A stretch of DNA of 64,000 nucleotides from positions 1 to 64,000 of the forward strand of contig JBDHHQ010000014.1 of NCBI GenBank assembly GCA_039589315.1. The letters run 5' to 3'. Each line of letters begins with the position of its first letter. Within the stretch, counting starts at the first letter, position 1. Made by a program: the position numbers and the translations under genes. Shown in pieces: positions 27,640 through 37,912 of the stretch. The notes below the pieces were generated by a model. That model saw nothing but the letters and a program-made list of their open reading frames with translations, did not search any database and had not been told where the DNA came from. The DNA comes from Gemmatimonadota bacterium. Its GTDB lineage: Bacteria > Gemmatimonadota > Gemmatimonadetes > Longimicrobiales > Gaopeijiaceae.

Positions 27640-28872
27640 GTGACCATCAAGCGACCCTCTCCAAATCTCGTCGTCTTCGCGCTCTGGCTGCTGGTCTTCT
27701 CGGCCAGCAGCCAGATCATGATCATCTCCCCCATCCTCCCCCGCATCGGCGAGGAGCTCGGGATCGCGGAGTCCCTCCTCGGCACCCTCGTCTCCGCCTA
27801 CTCGCTGATGGTGGGCGTGTTCGCCGTGATCTCGGGCCCGATCTCCGACAAGATCGGTCGACGCCGAATCCTGCTACTCGGCACCGGAATCATGACGGTG
27901 GCCCTCGTGCTCCACGGCTTCATCCTGGGGTACTACACCTTCCTGGCGGTTCGAGTGGTGGCCGGGATGGCCGGCGGCGTCTTGAGCGGGGCAGCGGTGT
28001 CCTACGTGGGCGACTACTTCCCGTACAACCGGCGGGGGTGGGCCACGGGCTGGATCATGAGCGGGGCCGCCTTCGGACAGATCATCGGCATCCCGCTGGG
28101 TGTGGTGCTCGCGGGCGAATACGGCTTCCGGTCGCCGTTCTACATCTTCGCGGTCACGATGGCGCTCACGTTCCTGCTCATCTACTTCCGCATCCCCCAG
28201 CCTGACGTGAAGCGCTCGGAGGGAGCGCTGACCCTCGGCAAGGCGGCGCGGGACTACTGGGCCATGCTACGTCGCCCCGAGGTGGCAGCAGCCGCGTTCG
28301 CCTTCCACCTGATGTTCCTGGGGGTGTCGCTCTTCGTGGTCTACATGCCCACGTGGTTGGAGCAGGACCTGGGAGCGACCCCGAACGGCATCGCCTTGCT
28401 CTTCCTCGTGGGGGGCATCGCCAACGTCCTGGCGGGACCTCAGGCGGGCAAGCTCTCGGATCGGGTCGGACGGAAGGGGCTGGTGCTGCTGTCCTGTATT
28501 GGCCTGAGCGTGACGATGTCCACGGTGACGTTCGTGATCCAGGAGTTCTGGATCGCCTACCCGTTCTTCTTCGTGACCATGGTCCTGGTAGCCATGCGCA
28601 TCAGCCCCTTCTCCGCCCTGCTCACCGCTCTGGTGACGGACGAGCGGCGGGGGTCCCTCATGAGTCTCACGGTGGCGCTGGGCCAGGTGGGCTTCGCCTT
28701 CGGCGCCGCAATCGCCGGCTGGCTCTACGCCGAGCTCGGCTACATCAGCAACTCGGTGCTGGGCGCCGTGTCGGTGCTGGGCATGGGATTCGTCGTGTGG
28801 TTCCTGGTGCCGGAGCCCAGGCTGCAGCCCGTGCACGAGGCGGAGCCCGAGGAGGTAGCGGCCACGGCGTAA
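27640..28872 (+). CDS. MFS transporter
   Basis: GPISDKIGRR and GKLSDRVGRK motif A in both halves; ~12 TM. Confidence 0.92.
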   Translation: MTIKRPSPNLVVFALWLLVFSASSQIMIISPILPRIGEELGIAESLLGTLVSAYSLMVGVFAVISGPISDKIGRRRILLLGTGIMTVALVLHGFILGYYTFLAVRVVAGMAGGVLSGAAVSYVGDYFPYNRRGWATGWIMSGAAFGQIIGIPLGVVLAGEYGFRSPFYIFAVTMALTFLLIYFRIPQPDVKRSEGALTLGKAARDYWAMLRRPEVAAAAFAFHLMFLGVSLFVVYMPTWLEQDLGATPNGIALLFLVGGIANVLAGPQAGKLSDRVGRKGLVLLSCIGLSVTMSTVTFVIQEFWIAYPFFFVTMVLVAMRISPFSALLTALVTDERRGSLMSLTVALGQVGFAFGAAIAGWLYAELGYISNSVLGAVSVLGMGFVVWFLVPEPRLQPVHEAEPEEVAATA

Positions 28873-28981
28873 GCCGTCGGGGTACGATGCCAGCGTGGCG
28901 CCTCGACGGTCCCACCGGCCGGGGATGCTGTGGACGGTGCAGCCGCGGCCCCCGCAGAGCGGCGGTGTTTCGCGCAGCCCC

Positions 28982-29788
28982 CTAGCGCTGCTGTACGCGC
29001 ACCCCGCCGTTGGTGGTCACGACCTTCACTGGCGCGCCACCGGCGCCCAGCGTCGCGTTGATCCGGCGCCCGATCCGCCCCTGCACCGTTACGGGAAAGT
29101 CGACGTCGATCGTCCCGTTGGTCGTGCCCGTCTCGAGCTCGGCGGAGTAGCGCTCAGGGATCTCCAGCGTGACCCCACCGTTGGTCGTCCGCACGTCGAG
29201 ACCCTGGCCCTGCCACTCGGCGCCGGCCAGCGCCACGTGAAGGCCGCCGTTGGTCGTGCGGCCGCGTACGTCGCCGGCCAGCCCCTCGAGGTGGACGCCA
29301 CCGTTGGTGGCGCGGAAGCGGGTCTCCCCTGTCACCTGGGCCACGGAGATCCCTCCGTTGGTGGTCTCCAGATCCAGGTCGCTGCTCCGTGGCACCATGA
29401 GCGCGTAGCCCACGCCCCAACTCTCCCGGCGACCCGTGTCCGGTCCCTCGGCTCGGATTCGGCCGTTCTCGACGACGACCCGGATCCCGGCCACGATGGA
29501 TTCTGCCCGGGCCTCGCTTTCGGCGTCCGCCCAGACCTTGGCTTGCATGCGGATCTCGTCCCCGTCCCATCCCTCCACGGAGATGCCGCCGTTGGTCCCG
29601 CCGTCGACGCGGAGCGCCGACACGGCCGGCAGCGTCTGCTCCCGCACCTCGCAGAACCGATCTCGGTCTCTGTGGCCCCATTCGTCGTCACAGCTCGCTT
29701 GCCCCGCCACGGTTCCGCCGCTCGCCATGGCCCACGCCGCCGTACACGCGATCACCGCGGTCGCCCACCTGTAGCGCCTGGCTGTCAT
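28982..29788 (-). CDS. DUF4097 beta-strand repeat protein
   Basis: Signal peptide; repeated TTNGG motifs; GGAGGGG RBS. Confidence 0.88.
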   Translation of the reverse strand: MTARRYRWATAVIACTAAWAMASGGTVAGQASCDDEWGHRDRDRFCEVREQTLPAVSALRVDGGTNGGISVEGWDGDEIRMQAKVWADAESEARAESIVAGIRVVVENGRIRAEGPDTGRRESWGVGYALMVPRSSDLDLETTNGGISVAQVTGETRFRATNGGVHLEGLAGDVRGRTTNGGLHVALAGAEWQGQGLDVRTTNGGVTLEIPERYSAELETGTTNGTIDVDFPVTVQGRIGRRINATLGAGGAPVKVVTTNGGVRVQQR

Positions 29789-29840
29789 CGTCGTCCCCTC
29801 CGTGGTGTGTACCGGTCGCCTTGCCCCTCCCTGGTCGGTG

Positions 29841-29868
29841 AGACACGTGCCGGGGCCGGCTGGTTGCA
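29841..29868 (-). promoter_or_regulatory. Possible ECF-sigma promoter for the DUF4097 gene
   Basis: Minus strand TGCAAC followed after ~15-18 nt by CGTGTCT. Confidence 0.35.
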
Positions 29869-29998
29869 ACCGACTACTGGCCACGGACATTGTACGAGTC
29901 ACGATCCGGCCCCACGCCTTGCCCGAAGGGCTTGCCCCTGGACCCCTGAGGGGCCTTCGATGCCACCGACCTGCCACTTGGAGCGCGTGCACCGATCC

Positions 29999-31702
29999 AT
30001 GAGACACCTCGGCATCGTTCCGTTTCTGTGCGGCGTCCTGGCCGTTCTCCCGGTCCCGAGCTCGCGGCTCGCAGCCGTGGCAGCGCAGGAGGAGCCGGAG
30101 CCGATTCCGGCCGGCCTGGCCCCGCCGCCCGGTCCGTACGCCCCCGGCATGGACGTGCTGCACTACGACCTGGAGCTCGCCCTCGTGGAGGCGGAGCGGT
30201 TCCTGGCCCTGGCCCGTGTTCGGGTACGGCTGACCGATCCCCTGCCCGACGAGCTCACCTTCGACCTGTCGGGGCTGGCCGTGACCCAGGTGCGAGTCGA
30301 CGGACGTGATGCGCCGTTCCGTCTGGACGAAGGGCGTCTTCTGGTGAGCCTTCCACGCGATGCCGATTCTGGCCAGGAGCTGGACGTCAGCGTCTCCTAC
30401 GGCGGCGTTCCTGACGACGGCCTCATCCTGCGGGAGAACGTCCACGGCGCACCCAGCGCCTTCGCCGACAACTGGCCGAACCGGGCCCGGTTCTGGTTTC
30501 CGTCGGTGGACCACCCGTCCGACAAGGCCACGGTGACATTCACCGTCCACGCGCCGTCGGCCTGGACCGTGATTGCCAACGGGCGACAGGTGGGAGAGCC
30601 CATGCCCACCGCCGAAGACGCACTCGGCGATCCCTCCGGCAAGCGGACGTGGCGATGGCAAACGGACGTGCCGATCCCCAGCTACACCATGGTGGTCGGC
30701 GCCGCGGACCTGGAGGTGCGAGAGGTGGGGTTGGGGGCCTGCGGGGACGCGCCCGCGTCACCGAGGGAAGATGGATGCGTGGTCGTTAGCTACTGGGTCT
30801 TTCCGGAGGACGTGGAACGGGCGCGCCCCTCCTTCCGCCGCGCGGTCGAGATGACCGACTTCTTCACCGAGGTGGTGGGGCCCTTCCCGTACGAGAAGCT
30901 GGCCCACGTACAGTCCGCAACGCGATTCGGGGGCATGGAGAACTCGTCCGCGATCTTCTATTCGGAGCAGGCCATCGCCGAAGGACGAGACATCGAAGGC
31001 ACCGTGTCCCACGAGATCGCCCACCAGTGGTTCGGCGACTCGGCCACGGAGGCCGATTGGTCCCACCTCTGGCTCTCGGAGGGCTTCGCGACCTACTTCG
31101 GCAACTTCTTCTTCGAGCGCGCAGACGGCATCGCGTCCATGCGCCGGCGCATGGCCGAGGATCGGGCCGAATACCTGCGCTCCGGAAGCGCGGCGCGACC
31201 CGTCATCGCCACCGGCGAGACCGACCTGTTCGAGCTCCTAAACGAGAACAACTACGAGAAGGGTGGCTGGGTCCTGCACATGCTGAGAGACCTGGTGGGC
31301 GACGATGCCTTCTTCGAGGGCGTGCGCACCTACTACGCGCGTCACGCCAACGACACCGCCTTGACCGCGGATTTGCAGGCGGCGATGGAGGAAGTATCCG
31401 GGGAGGAGTTGGGCTGGTTCTTCGAGCAGTGGCTCCACCACCCGGGCCATCCGGTGCTGCGGACGGCATGGCAGGGGGACACCGGCGAGGTCGAGCTGAC
31501 GATCGAGCAGGTCCAGCCTGGCGATTGGCCCACCTTCCACTTCCCGCTGACGGTCGAGCTGACGCACCGAGACGGGTCCACGAGGCGGGAGCGGATCGAG
31601 GTGACGGAGCGTCGGCAGACCTTTCGGCTGGCGGCGTCCGGCCCGGTCGCCCGGGTCGCCGTCGATCCCGACGAGTCCCTGCTCAAGGAGCTGCTCCCGT
31701 AG
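29999..31702 (+). CDS. Secreted M1 family aminopeptidase
   Basis: GGMEN, HEIAHQWFG...WLSEGFATY, YEKG; signal peptide. Confidence 0.93.
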   Translation: MRHLGIVPFLCGVLAVLPVPSSRLAAVAAQEEPEPIPAGLAPPPGPYAPGMDVLHYDLELALVEAERFLALARVRVRLTDPLPDELTFDLSGLAVTQVRVDGRDAPFRLDEGRLLVSLPRDADSGQELDVSVSYGGVPDDGLILRENVHGAPSAFADNWPNRARFWFPSVDHPSDKATVTFTVHAPSAWTVIANGRQVGEPMPTAEDALGDPSGKRTWRWQTDVPIPSYTMVVGAADLEVREVGLGACGDAPASPREDGCVVVSYWVFPEDVERARPSFRRAVEMTDFFTEVVGPFPYEKLAHVQSATRFGGMENSSAIFYSEQAIAEGRDIEGTVSHEIAHQWFGDSATEADWSHLWLSEGFATYFGNFFFERADGIASMRRRMAEDRAEYLRSGSAARPVIATGETDLFELLNENNYEKGGWVLHMLRDLVGDDAFFEGVRTYYARHANDTALTADLQAAMEEVSGEELGWFFEQWLHHPGHPVLRTAWQGDTGEVELTIEQVQPGDWPTFHFPLTVELTHRDGSTRRERIEVTERRQTFRLAASGPVARVAVDPDESLLKELLP

Positions 31703-31837
31703 GGTGGGCGCCGCGCGGTCTCTTGCCTCCCCTCTCCGCGGTTCGGTGCCGCCCGCCGCCCGGTCCGGTGCTGCCCCCCACCCGGACGCATCCGCGGTCG
31801 CGGAGCGTCTCCCTTCTCCGCGGGGCGGCTGACCGGT

Positions 31838-31893
31838 TACTATTCGCCTACTCTCGGACGGGGCGGGAGGCGTTGTGCCTCCGCCCCGTCCGA
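31838..31893 (+). promoter_or_regulatory. -10 element and long 5'-UTR hairpin upstream of accA
   Basis: TACTAT at 31838-31843; hairpin TCGGACGGGGCG(G)GAGGC-GTTGT-GCCTCCGCCCCGTCCGA at 31854-31893. Confidence 0.55.
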
Positions 31894-31965
31894 CGTGAGT
31901 CGCCGCCGCTCGCCCTGAACGGGCCGCGCCCGACCACCTTCGGAAACCACACTGGGAGCGCTGAC

Positions 31966-32928
31966 TTGGCGGGCCCACATCTGGAGTTCGAGCGGGACAT
32001 CGTCCAGATCCAGGACGAGATCGATCGTCTCCTGGAGATGGCCGAGGACAAGGGGCTCGACGTTTCGGACGAGCTGACGGTGCTCCGGCGCAAGCTGGAG
32101 ACCCTCATGGACGAGACGTTCCGGAACCTGACCGCCATGGAGCAGGTCCAGGTCGCCCGTCACCCCAGGCGACCCTATACCCTGGACTACATCCAGCGGA
32201 TCTTCGACGACTTCGTGGAGCTGCACGGCGACCGTAACTTCCGCGACGACGAAGCGATCGTGGGCGGTTGGGGCCGCCTCGAGGGCCGCTCGGTCATGGT
32301 CGTGGGCCACCAGAAGGGCCGGGACATGAAGGAGAACGTCCGGCGCAACTTCGGGATGGCCCACCCGGAGGGATACCGGAAGGCCCTGCGCCTGATGCGG
32401 CTCGCCGAGAAGTTCGGCCGGCCGGTCATCACCTTCATCGACACGCCTGGCGCCTACCCGGGCATCGGTGCGGAGGAGCGAGGGCAGGGCGAGGCGATCG
32501 CCCGCAACCTGAGAGAGATGGCAGGCCTCCGAACGCCCATGGTCTCGGTGGTGATCGGAGAGGGGGGCTCGGGTGGGGCCCTGGGCCTGGGCGTGACGGA
32601 CAGGATCCTGATGTTGGAGCACTCCATTTACTCCGTCATCACGCCCGAGGGCTGCGCCGCGATCCTCTGGCGGTCAGCGGACCACCGGGTGAAAGCGGCG
32701 GAAGCGTTGCGGCTCACGTCGGGGGACCTCAGGGCTCTGCGGGTGGCGGACAAGCTGATTCCCGAGCCGCCCGGAGGTGCCCATGCGGACCCCGCGGGCA
32801 CCGCCGCCCGGGTGAAGGAGGCCCTGGTGCGTCAGCTCGAAGAGCTGGTGGGGATGGATACCGACGAGTTGCTCCTTCAGAGATGGGCCAAGTACGAAGG
32901 CATGGGGGAGTGGAAAGAACCCGAATAG
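31966..32928 (+). CDS. accA: Acetyl-CoA carboxylase carboxyltransferase alpha subunit
   Basis: LEFE, ARHPRRPYTLDY, ELHGDR, PEGYRKA, GEGGSGGAL; TTG start after GGGAG. Confidence 0.97.
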   Translation: MAGPHLEFERDIVQIQDEIDRLLEMAEDKGLDVSDELTVLRRKLETLMDETFRNLTAMEQVQVARHPRRPYTLDYIQRIFDDFVELHGDRNFRDDEAIVGGWGRLEGRSVMVVGHQKGRDMKENVRRNFGMAHPEGYRKALRLMRLAEKFGRPVITFIDTPGAYPGIGAEERGQGEAIARNLREMAGLRTPMVSVVIGEGGSGGALGLGVTDRILMLEHSIYSVITPEGCAAILWRSADHRVKAAEALRLTSGDLRALRVADKLIPEPPGGAHADPAGTAARVKEALVRQLEELVGMDTDELLLQRWAKYEGMGEWKEPE

Positions 32929-32952
32929 CGCCTCGACGCGCGTCGAGCTCAT

Positions 32953-33822
32953 ATGGCCGGTTTCGCCGAAGTCCGATTCAAGGGCACGCGTAAGGCATAT
33001 TTCACGTACGACCAGCTGGATCTTCCGCCCGGAACCGTCGTGATCGTTCAAGCGGATCGCGGCGAAGATCTGGGCGAGGTCCGGTCAGTCGGTACAATCG
33101 CCGAACGCAAGTGCAACGCGTCCGGTGGGTGTGCCACGCCTGCGCCCGACAAGCGCATCGTGCGCCTGGCCAGGGAGGACGAGGTCGGCCGGCTGCAGGA
33201 GCTCCGGTCCGACGAGGGCCGGGTGCGCACCGTCACTCGCGAGCTCGTGGAGCGTCACGAGCTCAAGATGAAGGTGACCGAAGCCGAGTGGCAGTTCGAC
33301 CGCAACAAGCTGATCATCTACTTCACGGCGGAGCGCCGCGTCGACTTCCGCGAGCTCGTTCGGGACCTGGCACGGACGTTCCGCACCCGCATCGAGTTGA
33401 AGCAGATCGGCGTCAGAGACGAGGCGGCTCTGCTGGGCGGCGTAGGTCGCTGTGGCCGAGAGCTCTGTTGCTCCACGTGGCTGCCCGAGCTCAAGCCCGT
33501 CAGCCTGCAGCTGGCCAAGAACCAACGACTCTCCTTGAACCCGGCCCAGATCTCGGGGTGTTGCGGTCGTCTCATGTGCTGCCTGATGTACGAGCACGAA
33601 ACGTATGTCCAGGCTCGAAGGCGCTTCCCCAAGGAGGGCAAGATCCTGCGAACCGACCAGGGAGAGGAGCGGGTCGTCTCCGTGGATATCTGGCGGGAAT
33701 CCGTGACCCTGCGCGACCCCGAGGGGAACCGGCGCACCGTGCCCCTGGCCGACATCCGCGCCGAAGTGGCCCGGACGGCCGGAGAGCGCGGAAAGAGACC
33801 CAACCAAGGCGAGAGCGACTGA
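32953..33822 (+). CDS. ricT: PSP1/RicT (YaaT) iron-sulfur regulatory protein
   Basis: RVDFRELV, QIGVRDEA, GRCGRELCC, SGCCGRLMCCL.YE. Confidence 0.92.
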   Translation: MAGFAEVRFKGTRKAYFTYDQLDLPPGTVVIVQADRGEDLGEVRSVGTIAERKCNASGGCATPAPDKRIVRLAREDEVGRLQELRSDEGRVRTVTRELVERHELKMKVTEAEWQFDRNKLIIYFTAERRVDFRELVRDLARTFRTRIELKQIGVRDEAALLGGVGRCGRELCCSTWLPELKPVSLQLAKNQRLSLNPAQISGCCGRLMCCLMYEHETYVQARRRFPKEGKILRTDQGEERVVSVDIWRESVTLRDPEGNRRTVPLADIRAEVARTAGERGKRPNQGESD

Positions 33823-33879
33823 CTCAAGCAGTTTGCGGTTCCTGGGCACCATCCCTGCACGAATGAGGACGAGAATCCG

Positions 33880-35463
33880 TTGAGCCAGCCTCGCCGGCGC
33901 TACCTGACCACGCCGATCTACTACGCCTCGGGCGAGCCCCATATCGGCCACGCCTACACCAACCTCCTGGCAGACACCCTGGCCCGCTATTACCGGCAGA
34001 CCGGGGCCGACGTCCGGTTCCTGACGGGAACGGACGAGCACGGTCAGAAGATGCAGGAGGCGGCGGATCGCCGAGGCGTCACGCCCCGGGAGCTCGCCGA
34101 CGAGATGGCTGGCCGCTTCAAGGCGGCGTGGCACGAGCTCGAGGTTTCATTCGACCGATTCATCCGCACGACCGAGGCCGAGCACGTGGCCGTCGTGCAA
34201 GCATTCTTCCAGCAGCTCTGGGACCGGGGCCAGATCTACTCGGACCTGTACCGCGGCTGGTACTGCGTCCACGACGAACGCTACTGGACCGACAAGGACC
34301 TGGGCCCGGGCCAAACCTGTCCGGACTGCAGCAGACCGGTTCGCGAGGTCGAGGAGAAGAACTACTTCTTCCGCATGAGCGACTACCAGGAGCGACTGGT
34401 CCGGCATATCCACGAGACTCCCGACTGGATCGTGCCGACGGTCCGTCGCAACGAGATCCTGGGCTTCCTGCAGCAGCCCCTCGAGGACCTGTCCGTCTCC
34501 CGTCCGAAGACCCGGCTCACCTGGGGCGTGACCCTACCGTTCGACGACGAGCACGTCTCGTACGTCTGGGTGGACGCGTTGATCAACTACCTCACGGCCT
34601 CCGGTGCCATCGATCCGTCCCAGCCGGCGGAGCGACAGGGCTTCACCGACCCGGCGGCCGGATGGTGGCCTGCGGACCTGCACATCATGGGGAAGGACAT
34701 CATAACCACCCACGCCGTGTACTGGCCCACGCTGCTCATGGCGGTCGGGCTACCCGTGCCCCGACAGATCCTGGCCCACGGGTGGTGGGTGACACACGGA
34801 CCTGCGCAGGCCGACCGAAGCGGCATGCAGCAACCGTCCAAGATGTCCAAGTCGCTGGGCAACGTCGTGGACCCTCTGGAGCTCCGGGAGCAGCTGGGCA
34901 CCGACGCCGTTCGCTGGTTCCTCATCCGAGAGATGCCCACCGGCGACGACGCCGCTTTTACGCCCGAACGGTTCCTGGTCCGCTACGGGGAGCTGGCCAA
35001 CGTCCTTGGAAACCTCGCCAGTCGGGTCGTTGCGATGGTCGGCAAGTTCCGGGAAGGAGTGGTTCCCGGCGGTCCGGACCGGGGTTTGGCTCGGGAGATC
35101 GCGGATACCGTCGACGCCATGGAGTCCGCCATGGACGCCTACCGGGTCCACGAGGCGTTCGGCGCGGCCATGGACCTCGCTCGGCAGGCGAACGGCTACG
35201 TAGAGGCGCGGGAGCCGTGGGCGCAGGCCAAGGACCCCACCCAGGCGGACGCCCTCAACGAGACGCTGGCCTCGCTGGTCCGGGCGCTGGCCGTGCTCTG
35301 CGCCGTCTTCCAACCGGTCGTTCCGGCCAAGATGGCGGAGCTGGCCGGCAGCCTGGGACTGGACCGCATCCCCTCCATACAGGAGTCGCTCGAGATTCCG
35401 TTGGCTGGCCGGTCGCTGACCAAGGGGCCACCGCTGTTCCCCCGCGCCGACCTGGCAGGCTGA
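33880..35463 (+). CDS. metG: Methionyl-tRNA synthetase (short form, no C-terminal Trbp domain)
   Basis: TTPIYY, HIGH, GTDEHG, YVWVDAL, KMSKS. Confidence 0.96.
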   Translation: MSQPRRRYLTTPIYYASGEPHIGHAYTNLLADTLARYYRQTGADVRFLTGTDEHGQKMQEAADRRGVTPRELADEMAGRFKAAWHELEVSFDRFIRTTEAEHVAVVQAFFQQLWDRGQIYSDLYRGWYCVHDERYWTDKDLGPGQTCPDCSRPVREVEEKNYFFRMSDYQERLVRHIHETPDWIVPTVRRNEILGFLQQPLEDLSVSRPKTRLTWGVTLPFDDEHVSYVWVDALINYLTASGAIDPSQPAERQGFTDPAAGWWPADLHIMGKDIITTHAVYWPTLLMAVGLPVPRQILAHGWWVTHGPAQADRSGMQQPSKMSKSLGNVVDPLELREQLGTDAVRWFLIREMPTGDDAAFTPERFLVRYGELANVLGNLASRVVAMVGKFREGVVPGGPDRGLAREIADTVDAMESAMDAYRVHEAFGAAMDLARQANGYVEAREPWAQAKDPTQADALNETLASLVRALAVLCAVFQPVVPAKMAELAGSLGLDRIPSIQESLEIPLAGRSLTKGPPLFPRADLAG

Positions 35464-35512
35464 GGGCTCGCCCGAGGCCGTAAGTGTAAACAAATGGCGG
35501 GTTTTCGACGGG

Positions 35513-35541
35513 TTGACACGCCATCGACCCTCCAATAACGT
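35513..35541 (+). promoter_or_regulatory. Sigma-70 promoter for the M23 gene
   Basis: TTGACA-17 bp-TAACGT. Confidence 0.7.
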
Positions 35542-35639
35542 TGGCGGCCATTCCTTTCCTAACATCCGGTGTCGATCCCTCCGATGCTTATGAGGTAGGG
35601 AAGGCTCTCGAGCTGCCACCCGTCGGCAGGAGTGTGTAC

Positions 35640-36566
35640 ATGCAGGGAGACAAGTGGACGTTTCTCGTCTTTCGCGGCGAGGAGTCGGTTCGCCAATACT
35701 CCTTGCACAACCGTGCAGTCAGGTACGTCGTCGGGGGATCTGCGGCGGCGGTCGTCATCCTCGCCGGACTCGTGGCTCTCCTGGGTGTCAGTGGTTGGTC
35801 CCAGGCCGAGAGGGCTCTCCTGGAGCACAAGAACGCGCTCCTCCGGTCGAATCTCGCAGACGTCCAGGAACAGCTGCGAGCGCTCGAGACCACCATTGGA
35901 GATCTGGCCGAGCGCGACGTCCAGTACCGCACGTTGGCCGGCCTCGACTCATTCGACGAGGACGTGCTGCAGGCCGGTGTCGGCGGCCCCGGCATGGCGA
36001 CCCCGGAAGGGGACGCGCTCTGGGCCGCGGACACGGAGCTGGGTGAAGAGACCTTCGCGCTCCGCTACGACCTCTCCGCCCTCGAGCGGCGGGCCCGTCT
36101 TCTCTCGGAGAGTCTCGCGGAGGCCACCGACAGCCTGACCGCCCATCATGAGCTGCTCGAGCGGACGCCCTCGATCTTCCCGGCGGCGGGCTTCCTGTCC
36201 AGCAGCTTCTCGCGCTCACGGTACCACCCGATCCATCACCGGAAGCTGCCTCACGAGGGCATCGACATCGGTGCGAATCGAGGGACGCCCATCCTCGCCG
36301 CGGCGAAGGGCCGCGTGATCTACGCCGGCCGGCGCGCCGGGTACGGGCTGATGACGGAGATCGACCACGGCAACGGTCACGTGACCCGCTACGGGCATGC
36401 CTCCAAGCTGCTGGTGAAGAGAGGGCAGGACGTGACCCGTGGCGACGTCATCGGTCAGGTGGGAAGCACCGGGATTGCCACATCGCCCCACCTGCACTAC
36501 GAGGTCCGGGTGAATGGGCGGCCCGTGAACCCCTTGAACTACGTGATCACCGGGGCAATTCCCTGA
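35640..36566 (+). CDS. M23 family murein endopeptidase with TM and coiled coil
   Basis: HEGID, YGH, HLHYEV; AGGAG RBS. Confidence 0.93.
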   Translation: MQGDKWTFLVFRGEESVRQYSLHNRAVRYVVGGSAAAVVILAGLVALLGVSGWSQAERALLEHKNALLRSNLADVQEQLRALETTIGDLAERDVQYRTLAGLDSFDEDVLQAGVGGPGMATPEGDALWAADTELGEETFALRYDLSALERRARLLSESLAEATDSLTAHHELLERTPSIFPAAGFLSSSFSRSRYHPIHHRKLPHEGIDIGANRGTPILAAAKGRVIYAGRRAGYGLMTEIDHGNGHVTRYGHASKLLVKRGQDVTRGDVIGQVGSTGIATSPHLHYEVRVNGRPVNPLNYVITGAIP

Positions 36567-36654
36567 GGCCGCTCCCCAGCCAGTCGTGGGTACGGGTGCT
36601 CGGCAACCGGACCGCACCCGGCTAACGCGACGATCCGAAAGCGTCGATATACTT

Positions 36655-36684
36655 GGAGGCACCACATCGGTGCCTCCTTTTTTT
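36655..36684 (+). terminator. Rho-independent terminator
   Basis: GGAGGCACC-ACATC-GGTGCCTCC-TTTTTTT. Confidence 0.9.
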
Positions 36685-36712
36685 CTTCGGTGTCGGCGGG
36701 TTAAGCTAGTTG

Positions 36713-37912
36713 ATGCTGCGTCTTGCTCTACTGATCGCGGGAGCGGTCCTGGCCGGGAATCAGGGCGGTGAAGAAGCCCTGCGACCCGATTCCATCCTCC
36801 GCCTGCCGGAGGGACCCCAACTGGTGCTCTTCTCGAACCCGGGAGCCACCGTCACGGCGCTCCGGGTCTCGGTGCTGCTGGAAGAAGATGCCCATGAGGC
36901 CGGCGCGGCTCGCGTGCTTCAGGCGCACGCGCTTCAGCGGGTGCGCTCGGCCGCCAGCTCCGTGGGCGCCGTCGTCACTGCCACCCGGACCCCCTGGGGC
37001 ATCGCGTATACCGTCGTAGGACCCCAGACCCATTTCGAGTACATGGCCTGGATCCTCCGACAGACCGTATCGGAACCGAATCTCGATCGAGTGCAGTTTC
37101 TCCGGGCTCGGGCCGAAGTCTCGGACGAGGTGGAGCGCGAGGCGGAGACGCCTCCTGGCGTCCTGGCGGAGCGGTTGTGGAGTCAGATCACACCCTCGGA
37201 GTCCCGGCTGGACGGGTCCCACGCGTCACTCCAGCAGATCACGCCCGGCAGCGTCCGCGACCTCTGGGCCCGGACGCATCGCCCGGATCGCATGAACGTG
37301 GTGGCTGCCGGTCCCGTGACTGTGGATCCCATCATCGCCGCCCTCAAGGACCTCGTGGGGTCCGCGGATGCGGGCCCGCCGAAGCGAGCCGATGCGCGTG
37401 CCATGCCGCCTCCAGATCGCGGCCGACCACAGGTGCTGCGTCGCTGGTATGGCGAGGCGTTCCTGGCCGGAGATCCCGCCGATCCCCACGCGGAGGTCCT
37501 GGCGCTGATGGCCGGACGGAGCCTGCGGCAGGGGAGTCAAGGCTATGAGGCCGGCGTGGAGCTTTGGGAGCTGGACCGCACACGTATTCTGGCTGTGACC
37601 GGTGCGGCGTACGGGAGGAATGCCTCGGCGATGACGGCGCGGATTCGTGGCCTCCTGGACGAGACTCGGTCGGCCATCACGCCCGAAGCGGCGGCCGGGG
37701 CCGCTGCCGGAATCCGCTTCCAGCTACTCGCCGACGCCCGGACTCCCGACGGACTGATCGACCTCGTCGGCCGACACTTGGACGCCACGGGAACGCCCAG
37801 CGGAGCCCTGGATTACCTGCGCCGGCTCGATCAGGTAACGGCGGCCAGCCTCGAGACGTTCTTGACCACTGTCGAGGGCTCCGGCCCCGTGTCCGCGGAG
37901 CTACGGCCATGA
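36713..37912 (+). CDS. Secreted M16 (insulinase-fold) protein lacking HxxEH
   Basis: Signal peptide; GAARVLQAH where HxxEH is expected; IT..SVRDLW..THRPDRMNVVAAG. Confidence 0.7.
   Translation: MLRLALLIAGAVLAGNQGGEEALRPDSILRLPEGPQLVLFSNPGATVTALRVSVLLEEDAHEAGAARVLQAHALQRVRSAASSVGAVVTATRTPWGIAYTVVGPQTHFEYMAWILRQTVSEPNLDRVQFLRARAEVSDEVEREAETPPGVLAERLWSQITPSESRLDGSHASLQQITPGSVRDLWARTHRPDRMNVVAAGPVTVDPIIAALKDLVGSADAGPPKRADARAMPPPDRGRPQVLRRWYGEAFLAGDPADPHAEVLALMAGRSLRQGSQGYEAGVELWELDRTRILAVTGAAYGRNASAMTARIRGLLDETRSAITPEAAAGAAAGIRFQLLADARTPDGLIDLVGRHLDATGTPSGALDYLRRLDQVTAASLETFLTTVEGSGPVSAELRP

Noticed and set aside
28895..29998. N-terminal extension making the M1 peptidase 935 aa
   Set aside because: Antisense to the DUF4097 gene; the signal peptide begins at 29999
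31027..31965. N-terminal extension of AccA
   Set aside because: Off-frame overlap with the M1 gene and intergenic DNA; homology starts at TTG 31966
36567..36600. ZTP riboswitch-like fragments (GACTGGC, GGGGAGCG) on minus strand
   Set aside because: P2 and pseudoknot parts are missing and no downstream gene lies on that strand
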